Assembly (NCBI GenBank): GCA_963776895.1
Contig: CAVZOL010000001.1
Location: 89,321 to 153,320 of the forward strand
Length of the DNA: 64,000 nt
Reading direction: 5' to 3'
Origin: Ignavibacteriota bacterium
GTDB lineage: Bacteria > Bacteroidota > Ignavibacteria > Palsa-1295
The translations under genes and the position numbers were made by a program. The notes beneath the pieces are model-generated. The model was given only the letters and a program-made list of their open reading frames with translations. It made no database searches and was not told the origin of the DNA. The stretch's first letter is position 1. Each line of letters opens with the position of its first letter. Of this stretch, positions 16,712 to 26,096 are shown piece by piece.

Positions 16712-17321
16712 TCACAACGTTCCGGTTTTGACATCACCGGCCCGCTTGTAGCTTGCTACGACGATTCCCGTTGGTGAAGTCTTACTCTCAATAAGCTCGA
16801 ACCCGGCAGCAATGGTGCCATCGCCAAAGAGCTTCTTACCCGATCCGAGCGTAACGGGAAAAGTTTTGAGCCAGAGTTCATCCACCAGATCGTGTTTCAG
16901 GAGCGTTTGTATTAAGTTACCGCTTCCATGCACTTGTAGCTCTGGCCCATCACCGGACTTGAGTTTTTTGATCTCCTCAACTACGTTGTCACCTAAACGC
17001 ACCGTCTTTTCCCAATAGGAATTGAGCGGCCGATGCGTGGCCACGTATTTCGTCGCGCTATTGAGGCTTGCGGCGATCGGGCCGATATTATTTTCGGGAA
17101 GCGGCCAGTATGCGGCGAAAATATCGTACGTCTTTTCGGCCAAGCAGCAGGTCGAAACCACTGCTCATCTGTGTAACCATCGTTTCATGCGCAAATTCAT
17201 CCCAGTGCGGCGCGGTCCATCCGCCATATTTAAAGTCGCCGCTTGTGTCTTCTTCCTGCCCGCCCGGAGCCTGCATGACTCCATCCAGCGATACAAACGA
17301 TAAAACGATCAGTTTTCTCAT
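16712..17321 (-). pseudogene. RibD_C-type dihydrofolate-reductase-like protein, split by a 1-nt homopolymer indel
   Basis: MRKLIVLSFVSLDGVMQAPGG...FDLLLGRK (frame a) continues as TYDIFAAYWP...LQVHGSGNLIQTLL (frame b). Removing one T from the T4 run at 17133-17136 restores LLLGRKTYDIFAAYWP. Confidence 0.8.
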
Positions 17322-17366
17322 GGTTTTTGTATTATTTTTTAATGTTTTTTTCGTGACTTCTTGCTA

Positions 17367-17855
17367 TTACTCCTTCACGATCGGCACCCAAATTTCGATA
17401 TGGACATTATTCATATCCATCTTCGATGCAAAATAATGTTCGAAGTCGAGTGATAATTTTGGATCCATCGAGTAACCTGACTTTGGCATCCACTCGCCAT
17501 AAATAAATCCGAAAAAAGCGTGAATGCCACCAACGGCGCCATTGTATGTGAATACAGCGTAGTTTGCAGCAGCAATCTCCTTGCCAACCATACCAGCCGG
17601 AATGTTTGAAAGATCGCTCACTTGGTAGCCGGCAATGTAATAATATTTAGGAAAGCCGCCTTTGTTCATATCGAAATCGCGTGAGTAATCCTCAATACCG
17701 TATGCATCGGGTAGAATCGCGTTCGGAATCTCTGTGTTTCGCTTCGAGAATTCGGCCCATGCCTCGCGGATGGCAGGAATGCCGCTGCCCGTGTATCGTT
17801 CGATCCCGACGATCTTAAATGCTTCTTTTGTGCGAAAAGATGGTTCGTTGCTCAT
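17367..17855 (-). CDS. GyrI-like small-molecule-binding domain protein (AraC effector-binding fold)
   Basis: 162 aa. AFKIVGIERYTG...AWAEFSKR...YAVFTYNG...FEHY is the pattern of GyrI-like/SbmC-type domains. Confidence 0.6.
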   Translation of the reverse strand: MSNEPSFRTKEAFKIVGIERYTGSGIPAIREAWAEFSKRNTEIPNAILPDAYGIEDYSRDFDMNKGGFPKYYYIAGYQVSDLSNIPAGMVGKEIAAANYAVFTYNGAVGGIHAFFGFIYGEWMPKSGYSMDPKLSLDFEHYFASKMDMNNVHIEIWVPIVKE

Positions 17856-17863
17856 TTAAAATA

Positions 17864-18172
17864 TTAAAAAATAGTAGTGGAGGAGCCTACTAACGTAAGC
17901 AGTTCTGTTTTTGGTGGTGCTTCAGGCCCACTGGCTTTAAGCTCCTGCTGAAATTGGATGAAGGCTGGTAATTGTAAGAGCACTTTCTCATCCTCATCGG
18001 AATTAAAAAATGCGGTGTGAATGAATGTTTTGCCGTCCGCTCCGAGGCAAGAATTATAGTTAATGCCTGGATTATTGATGGCTTGCAGATCAGCCATGAC
18101 TTTCTTAATGTTGCCCTGATTGTGTTCAGAGTACTCTGGCTTCGTCGTATACGTTACCTTGACTATTTTCAT
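17864..18172 (-). CDS. Small hypothetical protein (ABM/ferredoxin-like fold suspected)
   Basis: 102-aa ORF packed between paralog genes. The family call is weak. Confidence 0.35.
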   Translation of the reverse strand: MKIVKVTYTTKPEYSEHNQGNIKKVMADLQAINNPGINYNSCLGADGKTFIHTAFFNSDEDEKVLLQLPAFIQFQQELKASGPEAPPKTELLTLVGSSTTIF

Positions 18173-18203
18173 TTTGTTTGATGTTTAGTGATGAATTGTC
18201 TTT

Positions 18204-18770
18204 TTAATCGTTTTTTGGTTTGTAACTTAAAACAATTTTGCCGCCAGAATATAACTTTGCTTGTATGGGAGAAAATTTCCGTATTCCGTTAAGTGAATTA
18301 AAAATAGTCATACCGTTACTGATAGCTGTTGGATTTACAATAAGATGATACTCATCAATAAGCCCTTCCTTTATTAGTGATGAAACAAAACCTGCGCCGC
18401 CAAAAACAAGAATATCGTTACCGTTCTGTTTTTTTAAGTTACCGATCTCTTCAGCAAGATCTCCTTTTGCCAGAGTGGTGTTGTTCCACGATGACTTGTC
18501 AAGTGTTTTAGAAAAAACAACTTTTGGAATGTCAACTATTTTTTTTGCGAATGGATGAGTAGGATTTTCGTCAGCTGTATTCTCCCAATATTTTATAATG
18601 CTTTCTGCCGTTTTTCTGCCAAGTAAAAGAGTGTCAGAGGTATCAAGCATAGAACTCATAAATGCTATCAATTCGTCATCTGGATTCCAGGTCATCCAGT
18701 CACTTTTTCCATTTGGCTGTGCAACATACCCGTTAATGGTCATTTGCATTTGTAACTTTAATTTTCTCAT
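18204..18770 (-). CDS. RibD_C-type dihydrofolate-reductase-like protein
   Basis: MRKLKLQMQMTINGYVAQPNGKSDWM...LLLGRKTAES...ILVFGGAGFVSSLIKEGLIDEYHLIVNP. Confidence 0.75.
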   Translation of the reverse strand: MRKLKLQMQMTINGYVAQPNGKSDWMTWNPDDELIAFMSSMLDTSDTLLLGRKTAESIIKYWENTADENPTHPFAKKIVDIPKVVFSKTLDKSSWNNTTLAKGDLAEEIGNLKKQNGNDILVFGGAGFVSSLIKEGLIDEYHLIVNPTAISNGMTIFNSLNGIRKFSPIQAKLYSGGKIVLSYKPKND

Positions 18771-18803
18771 GGTCTATTGTGCTTTTTACGTAGTGACTCA
18801 GTT

Positions 18804-19361
18804 CTATCTTATGGGCTGATAGTTTAAAACAACGATGCCACATTCGAAGGGCTGCGACTTGACCAGTTTCAGATTTGTGCGCCCATTGAAAATTCTCAGT
18901 CCGCTTCCGATTGCTGAGGGGTTAACAAAAAGGTGAAAGTCGTCAACGAGACCTGCCTCGATCAGATTCGAAACAAATGTCGCGCCTCCGTACGCAATAA
19001 TGTCTTTGCCCGGTTGAGCTTTGAGTTTAGCAATCTCATCGACCATCTTTCCGTTATTTACATCGGTATTAGCCCATTCGGATTTTTTCAGCGAGTGTGA
19101 AAAAACAATTTTGGATGTGTCGCGCATTTTGTGGGCGAACCAATCTGCGGTTTCAGGATTTGCGACGCGCGACTCCCACGCAGGAATGAATCCTTCCGCG
19201 AGTTCACGACCGAGTACGATCAAGTCAACCGGCTCGGTCAATCGAGTAATATAATTCTTGGCTTCATCGTCGATGTTCCACACCATCCAGTCCATTTCTC
19301 CATTCGGTCCACTTACGAATCCATCGAGCGATACCTGCATTTGTAATTTTAATTTTCTCAT
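18804..19361 (-). CDS. RibD_C-type dihydrofolate-reductase-like protein (paralog)
   Basis: MRKLKLQMQVSLDGFVSGPNGEMDWM...IVLGRELAEG...IIAYGGATFVSNLIEAGLVDDFHLFVNP. Confidence 0.75.
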   Translation of the reverse strand: MRKLKLQMQVSLDGFVSGPNGEMDWMVWNIDDEAKNYITRLTEPVDLIVLGRELAEGFIPAWESRVANPETADWFAHKMRDTSKIVFSHSLKKSEWANTDVNNGKMVDEIAKLKAQPGKDIIAYGGATFVSNLIEAGLVDDFHLFVNPSAIGSGLRIFNGRTNLKLVKSQPFECGIVVLNYQPIR

Positions 19362-19509
19362 GGTCTTTGATTTTATCCTTTTTGATTGTTATGACAAGTG
19401 ATTCAGTTAATGAGTACAAAACTACAGAAATAATTAATGGCCGCGTGAGGCGTAAAAACGGCATTCCAAGGGGTTGATTATGACAGATTTATTTCGTATT
19501 TTTGTATTT

Positions 19510-20475
19510 ATGAAAAAAATAGCAATTCTTGTACCTCGCGGAGCGGCCTCGGTGGGATGTATCGAAGGTTCATTCATAGGCTTTTCCCGCTCAAATGAAG
19601 TTTTGGCTAATATGGGCAAGGAGCCTATTTTTGAGATGAGAATGGTCGGCATCGATAACGAACTTCAAACATACAACCGATTCATCACCATTCGCCCCGA
19701 TTTGACGATCGCGGATTCTTACAAACCAGATCTTATTATCATTCCAGCAGTCAATGGAGAGATGAATGAGGTTGTCGCTATAAACAGCGAATTCTTCCCA
19801 TGGATCGTAGACCACTACAAGAATGGAGCAGAAGTTGCCAGCCTCTGTGTCGGCTCGTTCTTGCTTGCGGCCACGGGACTCGTCGATGGGAAAAGATGTG
19901 CGACGCATTGGCTGTCCCAAAACGAGTTCCGCAAAATGTTCCCAGAGGTAAATCTCGTGTCCGAAAAAATCATTACTGATGAAAAGGGAATTTATTCCAG
20001 CGGCGGTGCTAATTCCTTCTGGAACCTGGTGATCTATTTGATAGATAAATATGCCGGAAGGGAAGTGGCAATTGCCTGTGCTAAAATTTATGAAATAGAA
20101 ATAGACCGCGATTCGCAGTCGCCATTCATCATGTTTACTGGCCAAAAAGATCATGAAGATGAACAGATCAAGGATGCTCAGTCTTTCATCGAAAGCAATT
20201 TCCATAAGAAGATAACCATTGAGGAATTAGCTGCAATGTCCGCAATGGGCCGCCGGACATTCGAACGCCGTTTCAAAAAGGCAACATCGAATACCGTTGT
20301 GGAGTATATGCAACGCGTGAAAATCGAAGCGGCGAAAAAAAGCCTCGAACATAATCGCAAGAATGTTGCCGAAGTGATGTATGATGTCGGCTATACCGAT
20401 ACGAAAGCATTCCGAACGACATTTAAGAGGATTACGGGTTTATCGCCGATCGATTATCGGAATAAGTATGCGTAG
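19510..20475 (+). CDS. GlxA-family transcriptional regulator (DJ-1/PfpI-like N-domain + AraC HTH)
   Basis: MKKIAILVPRGA...ASLCVGSFLLAATGLVDGKRCATHW (DJ-1-like), then the C-terminal AraC HTH (TIEELAAMSAMGRRTFERRFKK...VGYTDTKAFRTTFKRITGLSP). It is the only plus-strand gene in the block. Confidence 0.8.
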   Translation: MKKIAILVPRGAASVGCIEGSFIGFSRSNEVLANMGKEPIFEMRMVGIDNELQTYNRFITIRPDLTIADSYKPDLIIIPAVNGEMNEVVAINSEFFPWIVDHYKNGAEVASLCVGSFLLAATGLVDGKRCATHWLSQNEFRKMFPEVNLVSEKIITDEKGIYSSGGANSFWNLVIYLIDKYAGREVAIACAKIYEIEIDRDSQSPFIMFTGQKDHEDEQIKDAQSFIESNFHKKITIEELAAMSAMGRRTFERRFKKATSNTVVEYMQRVKIEAAKKSLEHNRKNVAEVMYDVGYTDTKAFRTTFKRITGLSPIDYRNKYA

Positions 20476-21027
20476 TTATAAAATTACTGGAATAATAAGA
20501 TCTGCCCGTTTCCACGGTTCGGTTTTTCCGTATTCTATTTCCTCCGGTATCCATATTTCGTTCCACATTCGGTCGTGGTCAACTTTATAGACATTTTTAT
20601 CACGCTCCATACCGCGCTTAGACGCGAGTTCATGCGGGCAATCGATCCAAATTCTAAAATCGAAAAAGGGATTAAAATCATCACCGAGCACGGAAACCCC
20701 TTCGATTATTATAAGACCCTCCGGCTTGACCTTTCTCCATTCCGTGAGCGATTGCTGCTCCCAATCGAATCGCTGGTAATGAGCCGGTATGCCATTCGAA
20801 AGGGGATCGAGGACTTGCGATACGATCCGTTTTCTGTCCGAGCCGCCACCAGGGATTGCGAAATCATCGAGTGTGACGATTTCCGAACCAGGAAATTCGC
20901 TCTGGATAGCTCTTGCAAGTGTTGTCTTGCCAGAGCCACCATATCCGCCAATCGCGAGCAAAACCGGCTGCTTTTGCATAAGCAGTTCCCGAAGGATTGT
21001 TACGATTTGGTCATGCTCGCTAAGCAT
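20476..21027 (-). CDS. P-loop kinase of the uridine kinase/PRK-like family
   Basis: Walker A AIGGYGGSGKTTLA, with the remainder uridine-kinase-like (IIIEGVSVLG...RIWIDCP). Confidence 0.6.
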   Translation of the reverse strand: MLSEHDQIVTILRELLMQKQPVLLAIGGYGGSGKTTLARAIQSEFPGSEIVTLDDFAIPGGGSDRKRIVSQVLDPLSNGIPAHYQRFDWEQQSLTEWRKVKPEGLIIIEGVSVLGDDFNPFFDFRIWIDCPHELASKRGMERDKNVYKVDHDRMWNEIWIPEEIEYGKTEPWKRADLIIPVIL

Positions 21028-21495
21028 TTATTTATATGATGCCAGCAGCGCTTCCAGCCGGTCGTGGGCTTCTCCGGCGTACTTCCCAAACCCATATTGA
21101 AGCACTGTGTCGCGGTCGGCAACGGACTGGTGAATACTTTGATTTGTCAGCTTTGTCCTGCCGCCCAGGTCTTCCAGAGTGTACGTTTCGAGCACGGTCT
21201 TTCCCGGCTGCATTTCGAAGGTGCGGACAATTCGTTCCGGCGCAACGACATCATGATATACGCCGTGAAACCGGGTTTCCCATCCGTTCTCTGCGCGAAC
21301 TGTGAACGCCCAGGAGCCTCCGGGTCGAGCATCATACTGCTCGACTTTTGCGTTTTCGTTATAATATTTAGGCACGGCATTGGCATCGGTTAAGACTTTG
21401 AAAACGAGTTCGCGTGGCGCATCGAACTCGCGTGTGAGTACGGTATCGAGCTGGCCGGGTTCGGCTTTGAGTGTTGTTGGATTTTTTTGTGACAT
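21028..21495 (-). CDS. SRPBCC/AHSA1 (Aha1-like) domain protein
   Basis: MSQKNPTTLKAEPGQLDTVLTREFDAPRELVFKVLTD... is a typical AHSA1 N-terminus. Confidence 0.75.
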   Translation of the reverse strand: MSQKNPTTLKAEPGQLDTVLTREFDAPRELVFKVLTDANAVPKYYNENAKVEQYDARPGGSWAFTVRAENGWETRFHGVYHDVVAPERIVRTFEMQPGKTVLETYTLEDLGGRTKLTNQSIHQSVADRDTVLQYGFGKYAGEAHDRLEALLASYK

Positions 21496-21583
21496 GATTT
21501 ATTTGTTAAAAAATGGAATGAAAAATGAAAAAGAAAAGTGAGTTATTACGAATCAATTTTATCTAAAAGTCTTTCAGTTGCTA

Positions 21584-22069
21584 TCAACCCACAGCTTTCT
21601 TCAAGAGCGCGACGATCTTTGCCTCTGCGGCGGATGTCAACTCTTTCAGTGCGAAGGCGACGGGCCACAGATCGCCTTCGTCGAGCGTTGCCGCATCGCT
21701 GAAGCCGAACGTGCAATACCTCGTTTTGAACTTCCCCGCGTTTTGGAAGAAGCAGATGACTTTGCCATCCCTGGCATAGGCAGGCATTCCGTACCAGGTT
21801 TTCGGTGAGAGCGCAGGCGCGCTCTCTTTAATGATACCATGAAGCCGTTCAGCCATGCCGCGATCCGGTTCCTGCATCCCTGCGATCGCCGCAAGCACGT
21901 CTTTTTCTCCGGCATCCTTGTCCTTGTTCGCGCGGGCCTCCGCCTTTAGTTCCTTAGCGCGAGCCTTCATCGCGGCTCGTTCGTCGTCGGTGAATCGTTG
22001 GGATTTTTTATCCATTGCGGTACTCTTGGTGGATTTGGCCTTGAGGGCAGTTGAATTTTTCTGTGCCAT
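21584..22069 (-). CDS. DUF1801 (YdhG-like) domain protein with Lys/Ala-rich N-terminal region
   Basis: ...[41 protein letters not shown] is a DUF1801-type core. Confidence 0.6.
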   Translation of the reverse strand: MAQKNSTALKAKSTKSTAMDKKSQRFTDDERAAMKARAKELKAEARANKDKDAGEKDVLAAIAGMQEPDRGMAERLHGIIKESAPALSPKTWYGMPAYARDGKVICFFQNAGKFKTRYCTFGFSDAATLDEGDLWPVAFALKELTSAAEAKIVALLKKAVG

Positions 22070-22075
22070 GACTTT

Positions 22076-22567
22076 TTAATGTTTGTTAAAGTTGCTAAGA
22101 TATTCTGAAAGCCGACTGATGGTCTGCTGTTGTCCCTCAACAGCGTGGAAGACTTCCACGGCCTGCTTAAACTCTTCGTCGTTCTCGAAGACGTTTTTCC
22201 AGTGCAGCTCCGTTTTATTCCCAAGTTCAAGAAGCTGAATGAACATCTTAAATTTTGGGGTAGGGCCGTGTGAATAGACGATTCGTTCCTTCGGAACGAG
22301 TTCATCGAAAATCATCTCGTTTCGGAATTCGGTGCCATCGGGCCCGTGCATGGTGAAGTTCCATTGGCCACCGGTTCGCATTTCGTATTTGTGGGTCGTT
22401 AGTGAAAAGCCGTTCGGCCCCCACCAGTTTGTGATGTGTTCCGGATCGGTAAATACTTTCCATACGAGATCGCGTGGAGCATTAAGGATGCGCGTTGCAG
22501 CCATGGTACGACTCATTTCGCTTTTGCGCGGTTCGTCTTCGAGTATTGTTGGATTGTTCTGTGACAT
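22076..22567 (-). CDS. SRPBCC/AHSA1 domain protein
   Basis: Start at MSQNNPTILEDE (ATG 22565-22567). ILNAPRDLVWKVFTDPEHITNWWGPNGF. Confidence 0.75.
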   Translation of the reverse strand: MSQNNPTILEDEPRKSEMSRTMAATRILNAPRDLVWKVFTDPEHITNWWGPNGFSLTTHKYEMRTGGQWNFTMHGPDGTEFRNEMIFDELVPKERIVYSHGPTPKFKMFIQLLELGNKTELHWKNVFENDEEFKQAVEVFHAVEGQQQTISRLSEYLSNFNKH

Positions 22568-22649
22568 GATTGTATTTCTTTCTAATTCATAAATTATTTC
22601 CGAACTGGAATAAGTTCGCAAAGCCGAGTTTGATATTCTCCTCATAAGC

Positions 22650-23588
22650 TTAATTATTAGTCGAAATTTCCACTTGATCGAATCGTCTTGCAAGTAGCGG
22701 TGCATTGAGGAATTGAAGAATGCTTACCGGCAGAGAGGGGGATGAAAGCAACGTATAGTGTGTAAAACCCGGCAGAATGGCAAGCTGATTCAGAGATCTG
22801 CCAGAGCCGTCCAATCCTGCATCCTTTTGCCCGCCACCAAGAAGCCCGAAAAATTCCACTATATGCGATGGCGTTATCGCATCGGCATCGGCATAGATGA
22901 TCAAAGTCGGCGTTTTGATTTCCGCTACATCGCTTGACCAATCGTAATCACGTTTAAGCAGGTCGCCCAGCTTTGTAAAAAGCAGGATCCAGTCTGCATT
23001 CGGATAGACCTGACTGAGCGGCGACTTCTTCATCCCTGCGCCGAAGGTTGGAGCTTGCGCCGACATTCCTGCGAACGAAGTCAAAACTTCCGGGTACCAA
23101 CCATTATGACTAAATGGCGTCGACATAAGTAGGAGATTGCGAACCAATTCAGGATGTTGAATCGTGAGCCTTAGTGCAACGCCACCACCGAGAGAGTATC
23201 CAAGAACATCGGCATTCCTGAAACCCAGATATTCGATGAGGGCGGCTATGTCATCAGCCATTGACTCGAAGCGGATCGGGCGGTCTATGTCGGCTGTTTT
23301 GCCATGAGCCTGCAGATCGACTGTGATGACCTGGCGGTCTTTAGCAAGCTGCGGCAGAACCGGAGCGAACATTATGCTCCCGGCTACTCCCCCGTGTAAG
23401 AGAATCAGCGGCTCACCAGAGCCATGAATTTCGTAATAGAGTTTGAGTCCGTTTACTGGAGCGTAGCCGCTTTTCGCATCGTATAACGCGTTGAACACGA
23501 GTTCGCGTGGGGCATCGAATTCGCGCGTAAGGGTAATATTGAGCTGATCGTGTTCGGCCTCGAGTATTGCTGGATTATTCTGTGACAT
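22650..23588 (-). CDS. Alpha/beta hydrolase with a captured SRPBCC-type N-terminal ~37 aa (chimeric 5' end)
   Basis: MSQNNPAILEAEHDQLNITLTREFDAPRELVFNALYDAK is followed by a canonical hydrolase start VNGLKLYYEIHGSGEPLILLHGG, nucleophile elbow GYSLGG, and ...GFTHY. Confidence 0.8.
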   Translation of the reverse strand: MSQNNPAILEAEHDQLNITLTREFDAPRELVFNALYDAKSGYAPVNGLKLYYEIHGSGEPLILLHGGVAGSIMFAPVLPQLAKDRQVITVDLQAHGKTADIDRPIRFESMADDIAALIEYLGFRNADVLGYSLGGGVALRLTIQHPELVRNLLLMSTPFSHNGWYPEVLTSFAGMSAQAPTFGAGMKKSPLSQVYPNADWILLFTKLGDLLKRDYDWSSDVAEIKTPTLIIYADADAITPSHIVEFFGLLGGGQKDAGLDGSGRSLNQLAILPGFTHYTLLSSPSLPVSILQFLNAPLLARRFDQVEISTNN

Positions 23589-23615
23589 GATTATCAGTTC
23601 CTGAATTAATGAGTA

Positions 23616-24164
23616 CTATACGCTACGGTCAGGTCGGAAGTATAGCATAACGTGACCGGATTGAAATGTTTGTGTTTTATCAAGTTTGAGCTTATAACGA
23701 TCGTTCAAGCCATGAAAGAGTGGTTTCCCATTGCCCAAAACGATTGGCGTTACTACGATACGGAAATCGTCGATCAGGTTTTCTTTCATGAGAGAAACAG
23801 CGAGATCCGAGCTGCCGAAGATCACCATATTCTTTCCTGGTTCTTGCTTGAGCGTTCTTAGCTCAGCCGCCGCATCCTTAGAAATTCTTGAATTTGTCCA
23901 ATCCGCAGATTGCAGCGTTTTAGAAAAAACGATTTTTGGAAACGAATTCATTTTTACCGCGATCGGATCGCGCGTTGCCGTTGGCCAATACGCAGCCATC
24001 ATTTCGTAGGTGCGGCGGCCAAACAGGAACGTGTCCACTTCTTCGAAAAGCTCGAATACATGCGGATTCCAATCCGCGCCGACATTATGCCAATTGAGCT
24101 CGTGGTTCGGCCCTTCGAAGTAACCATCCAGCGATGTCAGCATTTGGAATATGACGTTCCTCAT
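23616..24164 (-). CDS. RibD_C-type dihydrofolate-reductase-like protein (paralog)
   Basis: MRNVIFQMLTSLDGYFEGPN...FLFGRRTYEMMAAYWP...MVIFGSSDLAVSLMKENLIDDFRIVVTP. Confidence 0.75.
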   Translation of the reverse strand: MRNVIFQMLTSLDGYFEGPNHELNWHNVGADWNPHVFELFEEVDTFLFGRRTYEMMAAYWPTATRDPIAVKMNSFPKIVFSKTLQSADWTNSRISKDAAAELRTLKQEPGKNMVIFGSSDLAVSLMKENLIDDFRIVVTPIVLGNGKPLFHGLNDRYKLKLDKTQTFQSGHVMLYFRPDRSV

Positions 24165-25141
24165 CGCGTTACCTCCATCTTGGCTGTCTCAACAAATTCT
24201 TTCAGCGATCTGCCAAGAATATCCGACCATCCCGCCACAAAATTGTGCGCATCGAGATCGGGATTGTTATTGATGGCGAAGGAATCAAGCCCGGAATGGG
24301 TCAGCCGAAGCTTCGTCTGCTTTCCTTCCGGGGATAATTCAAACGTGACGGTGGAGATGCCTTTCCATCCTTCGTAGCGCCAAGTGTAGGCTAATTTTTT
24401 TCCAGGAATAACTTCGGTTATTTTGCATTTATGGTGATAGGGTTCTTTTCCGGGAGGGCCACCTTGAAATTCAAACTCGAATCCGACCTCAGGTCTGAAT
24501 TCGGGAAGGTTGAAATACCATTGTTTTAAGGAGTCATTGTTGGATATTGCATCCCAAACTTTTTCGACGGGCGCATCGAATGTACGCTCGATAACGACAA
24601 CGCCGGTAAGCATTTCTTCGAGCTTATTGAGGCTTTCGCTCCAGCCTTCGCCCATTTGGAACTTAATGTATCCATCGCGGACGGCATCGGAATCGAAACG
24701 GGTGCGGATAACTAATTTCGTCTTGCCACCAAGATCATCGAATGTGATTGTAACAAGTGACGATAAGAAGTTTGCGGTTTCTCCATTCTCGATCCCACTT
24801 TGAATCGTGCTCTTCCAGCTATCCGGATGCTCATGAAGATCGTTCGTATAGACGATTCGTTCCGGTTGCACGAACTCGAGGTATTCGCCCGTCATCGGAT
24901 AATGCTCATTGGCAAATGGCTGAGGAAGCGCATCGATGCCATGCATCGTGATATGAAATTTGCCTCCAACGCGCGGCTCGGTTTCTGCGGTGGTGCGAAA
25001 TGCGCGAGGCCCGAACCACTTCGCTAAATGCTCGGCTTTCGTAAACGCATCGAAGACAAGCTCGCGCGGAGCGTTGATAGTGCGGGTGATAATAACTTCT
25101 CGCGGAGCTGTCGAAACGGCGAGATCAGATCTTGTTTCCAT
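24161..25141 (-). CDS. Tandem double SRPBCC/AHSA1 domain protein
   Basis: Two AHSA1-like halves (ITRTINAPRELVFDAFTKAEHLAKWFGP... and IERTFDAPVEKVWDAISNNDSLKQWYF...). Overlaps both neighbouring genes by a few nt. Confidence 0.75.
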   Translation of the reverse strand: METRSDLAVSTAPREVIITRTINAPRELVFDAFTKAEHLAKWFGPRAFRTTAETEPRVGGKFHITMHGIDALPQPFANEHYPMTGEYLEFVQPERIVYTNDLHEHPDSWKSTIQSGIENGETANFLSSLVTITFDDLGGKTKLVIRTRFDSDAVRDGYIKFQMGEGWSESLNKLEEMLTGVVVIERTFDAPVEKVWDAISNNDSLKQWYFNLPEFRPEVGFEFEFQGGPPGKEPYHHKCKITEVIPGKKLAYTWRYEGWKGISTVTFELSPEGKQTKLRLTHSGLDSFAINNNPDLDAHNFVAGWSDILGRSLKEFVETAKMEVTR

Positions 25142-25472
25142 GTTCTTTTTCTTTGGATTGTAATTCTTTCAGGTATTCTTCCAGCCGGTCGAGCCGTTCA
25201 TCCCACATTTTGCGGTAGCGTTCGACCCAGTCGGATACTTCGTCTAATTTATTCATGCTTGCCTCGCAATACCGTTCGCGGCCTTGCTGCGTGATGCTTA
25301 CCAGACCGCATTCCTCCAGTATCTTTACGTGCTTCGAGATCGCAGGCCGCGACACCTTAAAGTGATCGGCGATGCTCGTCATCGTCAATGTTTGCACGGC
25401 GAGCAAACTAAGGATCGCCCGCCGCGTCGGATCTGCTATGGCCTGAAATACGTCTCGTCTCACAACCCTCAT
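25125..25472 (-). CDS. ArsR/SmtB-family HTH transcriptional regulator
   Basis: FQAIADPTRRAILSLLA...MTSIADHFKVSRPAISKHVKILEECGLV. It is the first gene of the minus-strand run and overlaps the next gene. Confidence 0.85.
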   Translation of the reverse strand: MRVVRRDVFQAIADPTRRAILSLLAVQTLTMTSIADHFKVSRPAISKHVKILEECGLVSITQQGRERYCEASMNKLDEVSDWVERYRKMWDERLDRLEEYLKELQSKEKEHGNKI

Positions 25473-25572
25473 AACCGAATGCGTAACCGTTCGGTTTCCT
25501 AATTTTTAGGAAAAAATAAAAGGCCGAAAAGTCGGCCTTAAATTATAAGTGAAATTAGGGGAAAAAATAGAG

Positions 25573-25803
25573 CTAATCCCGTTTGCTCGCATGCAAAACG
25601 GTGAGGCCAATCAACTCATCGCCCTCATAACGCATGATAATATCATCGTCGGTCAACTCGCTGTCGGTTGCGAAGCTGGGTTTCTTGAAATTGACATAAA
25701 GGACATCCGCTTCTTCGTCATAAGAAGTCCATAAATATCCAGCGGGCGCATGGAGAGCAGCCGGTAGAATCTTCAGATAGTCATTAACATTCACTATGGC
25801 CAT
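25573..25803 (-). CDS. DUF2283-family antitoxin-like protein
   Basis: YDEEADVLYVNFKKPS...DELIGLTVLHAS matches the DUF2283 pattern. Confidence 0.65.
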   Translation of the reverse strand: MAIVNVNDYLKILPAALHAPAGYLWTSYDEEADVLYVNFKKPSFATDSELTDDDIIMRYEGDELIGLTVLHASKRD

Positions 25804-26096
25804 AGTTGCTTTCGTTTTTCGAGTGATTTTCTACGTCGCGTAAGAAATGCCGTTATGATGAACCCATCAACGGCGAGTTCTTTGTACACGACCACGATGT
25901 CTTTACCAGTATCAATCTCTTTTACCGCAAGAAGTTCGTTTGCGTTCCCTTGGAGTATTCTATCAGGTGCTGCGATGGCGTCCAAAACATCTACTCTGCG
26001 GCCGGCGACCTCGGAGTGCTCCTCGGTGATGTGTGCCCATCGTTCGTCTGTCAGACGAACAGGTTTCCCAAATTTCGAGGTGATAATTTGAAGCAT
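25794..26096 (-). CDS. Small toxin-like protein (DUF4258/BrnT- or PBECR-type fold suspected), partner of DUF2283
   Basis: Start MLQIITSKFGKPVRLTDERWAHITEEHSE...GFIITAFLTRR. Overlaps the DUF2283 gene by 10 nt, and its ATG overlaps the stop of the upstream oxidoreductase (TAATG). Confidence 0.45.
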   Translation of the reverse strand: MLQIITSKFGKPVRLTDERWAHITEEHSEVAGRRVDVLDAIAAPDRILQGNANELLAVKEIDTGKDIVVVYKELAVDGFIITAFLTRRRKSLEKRKQLWP

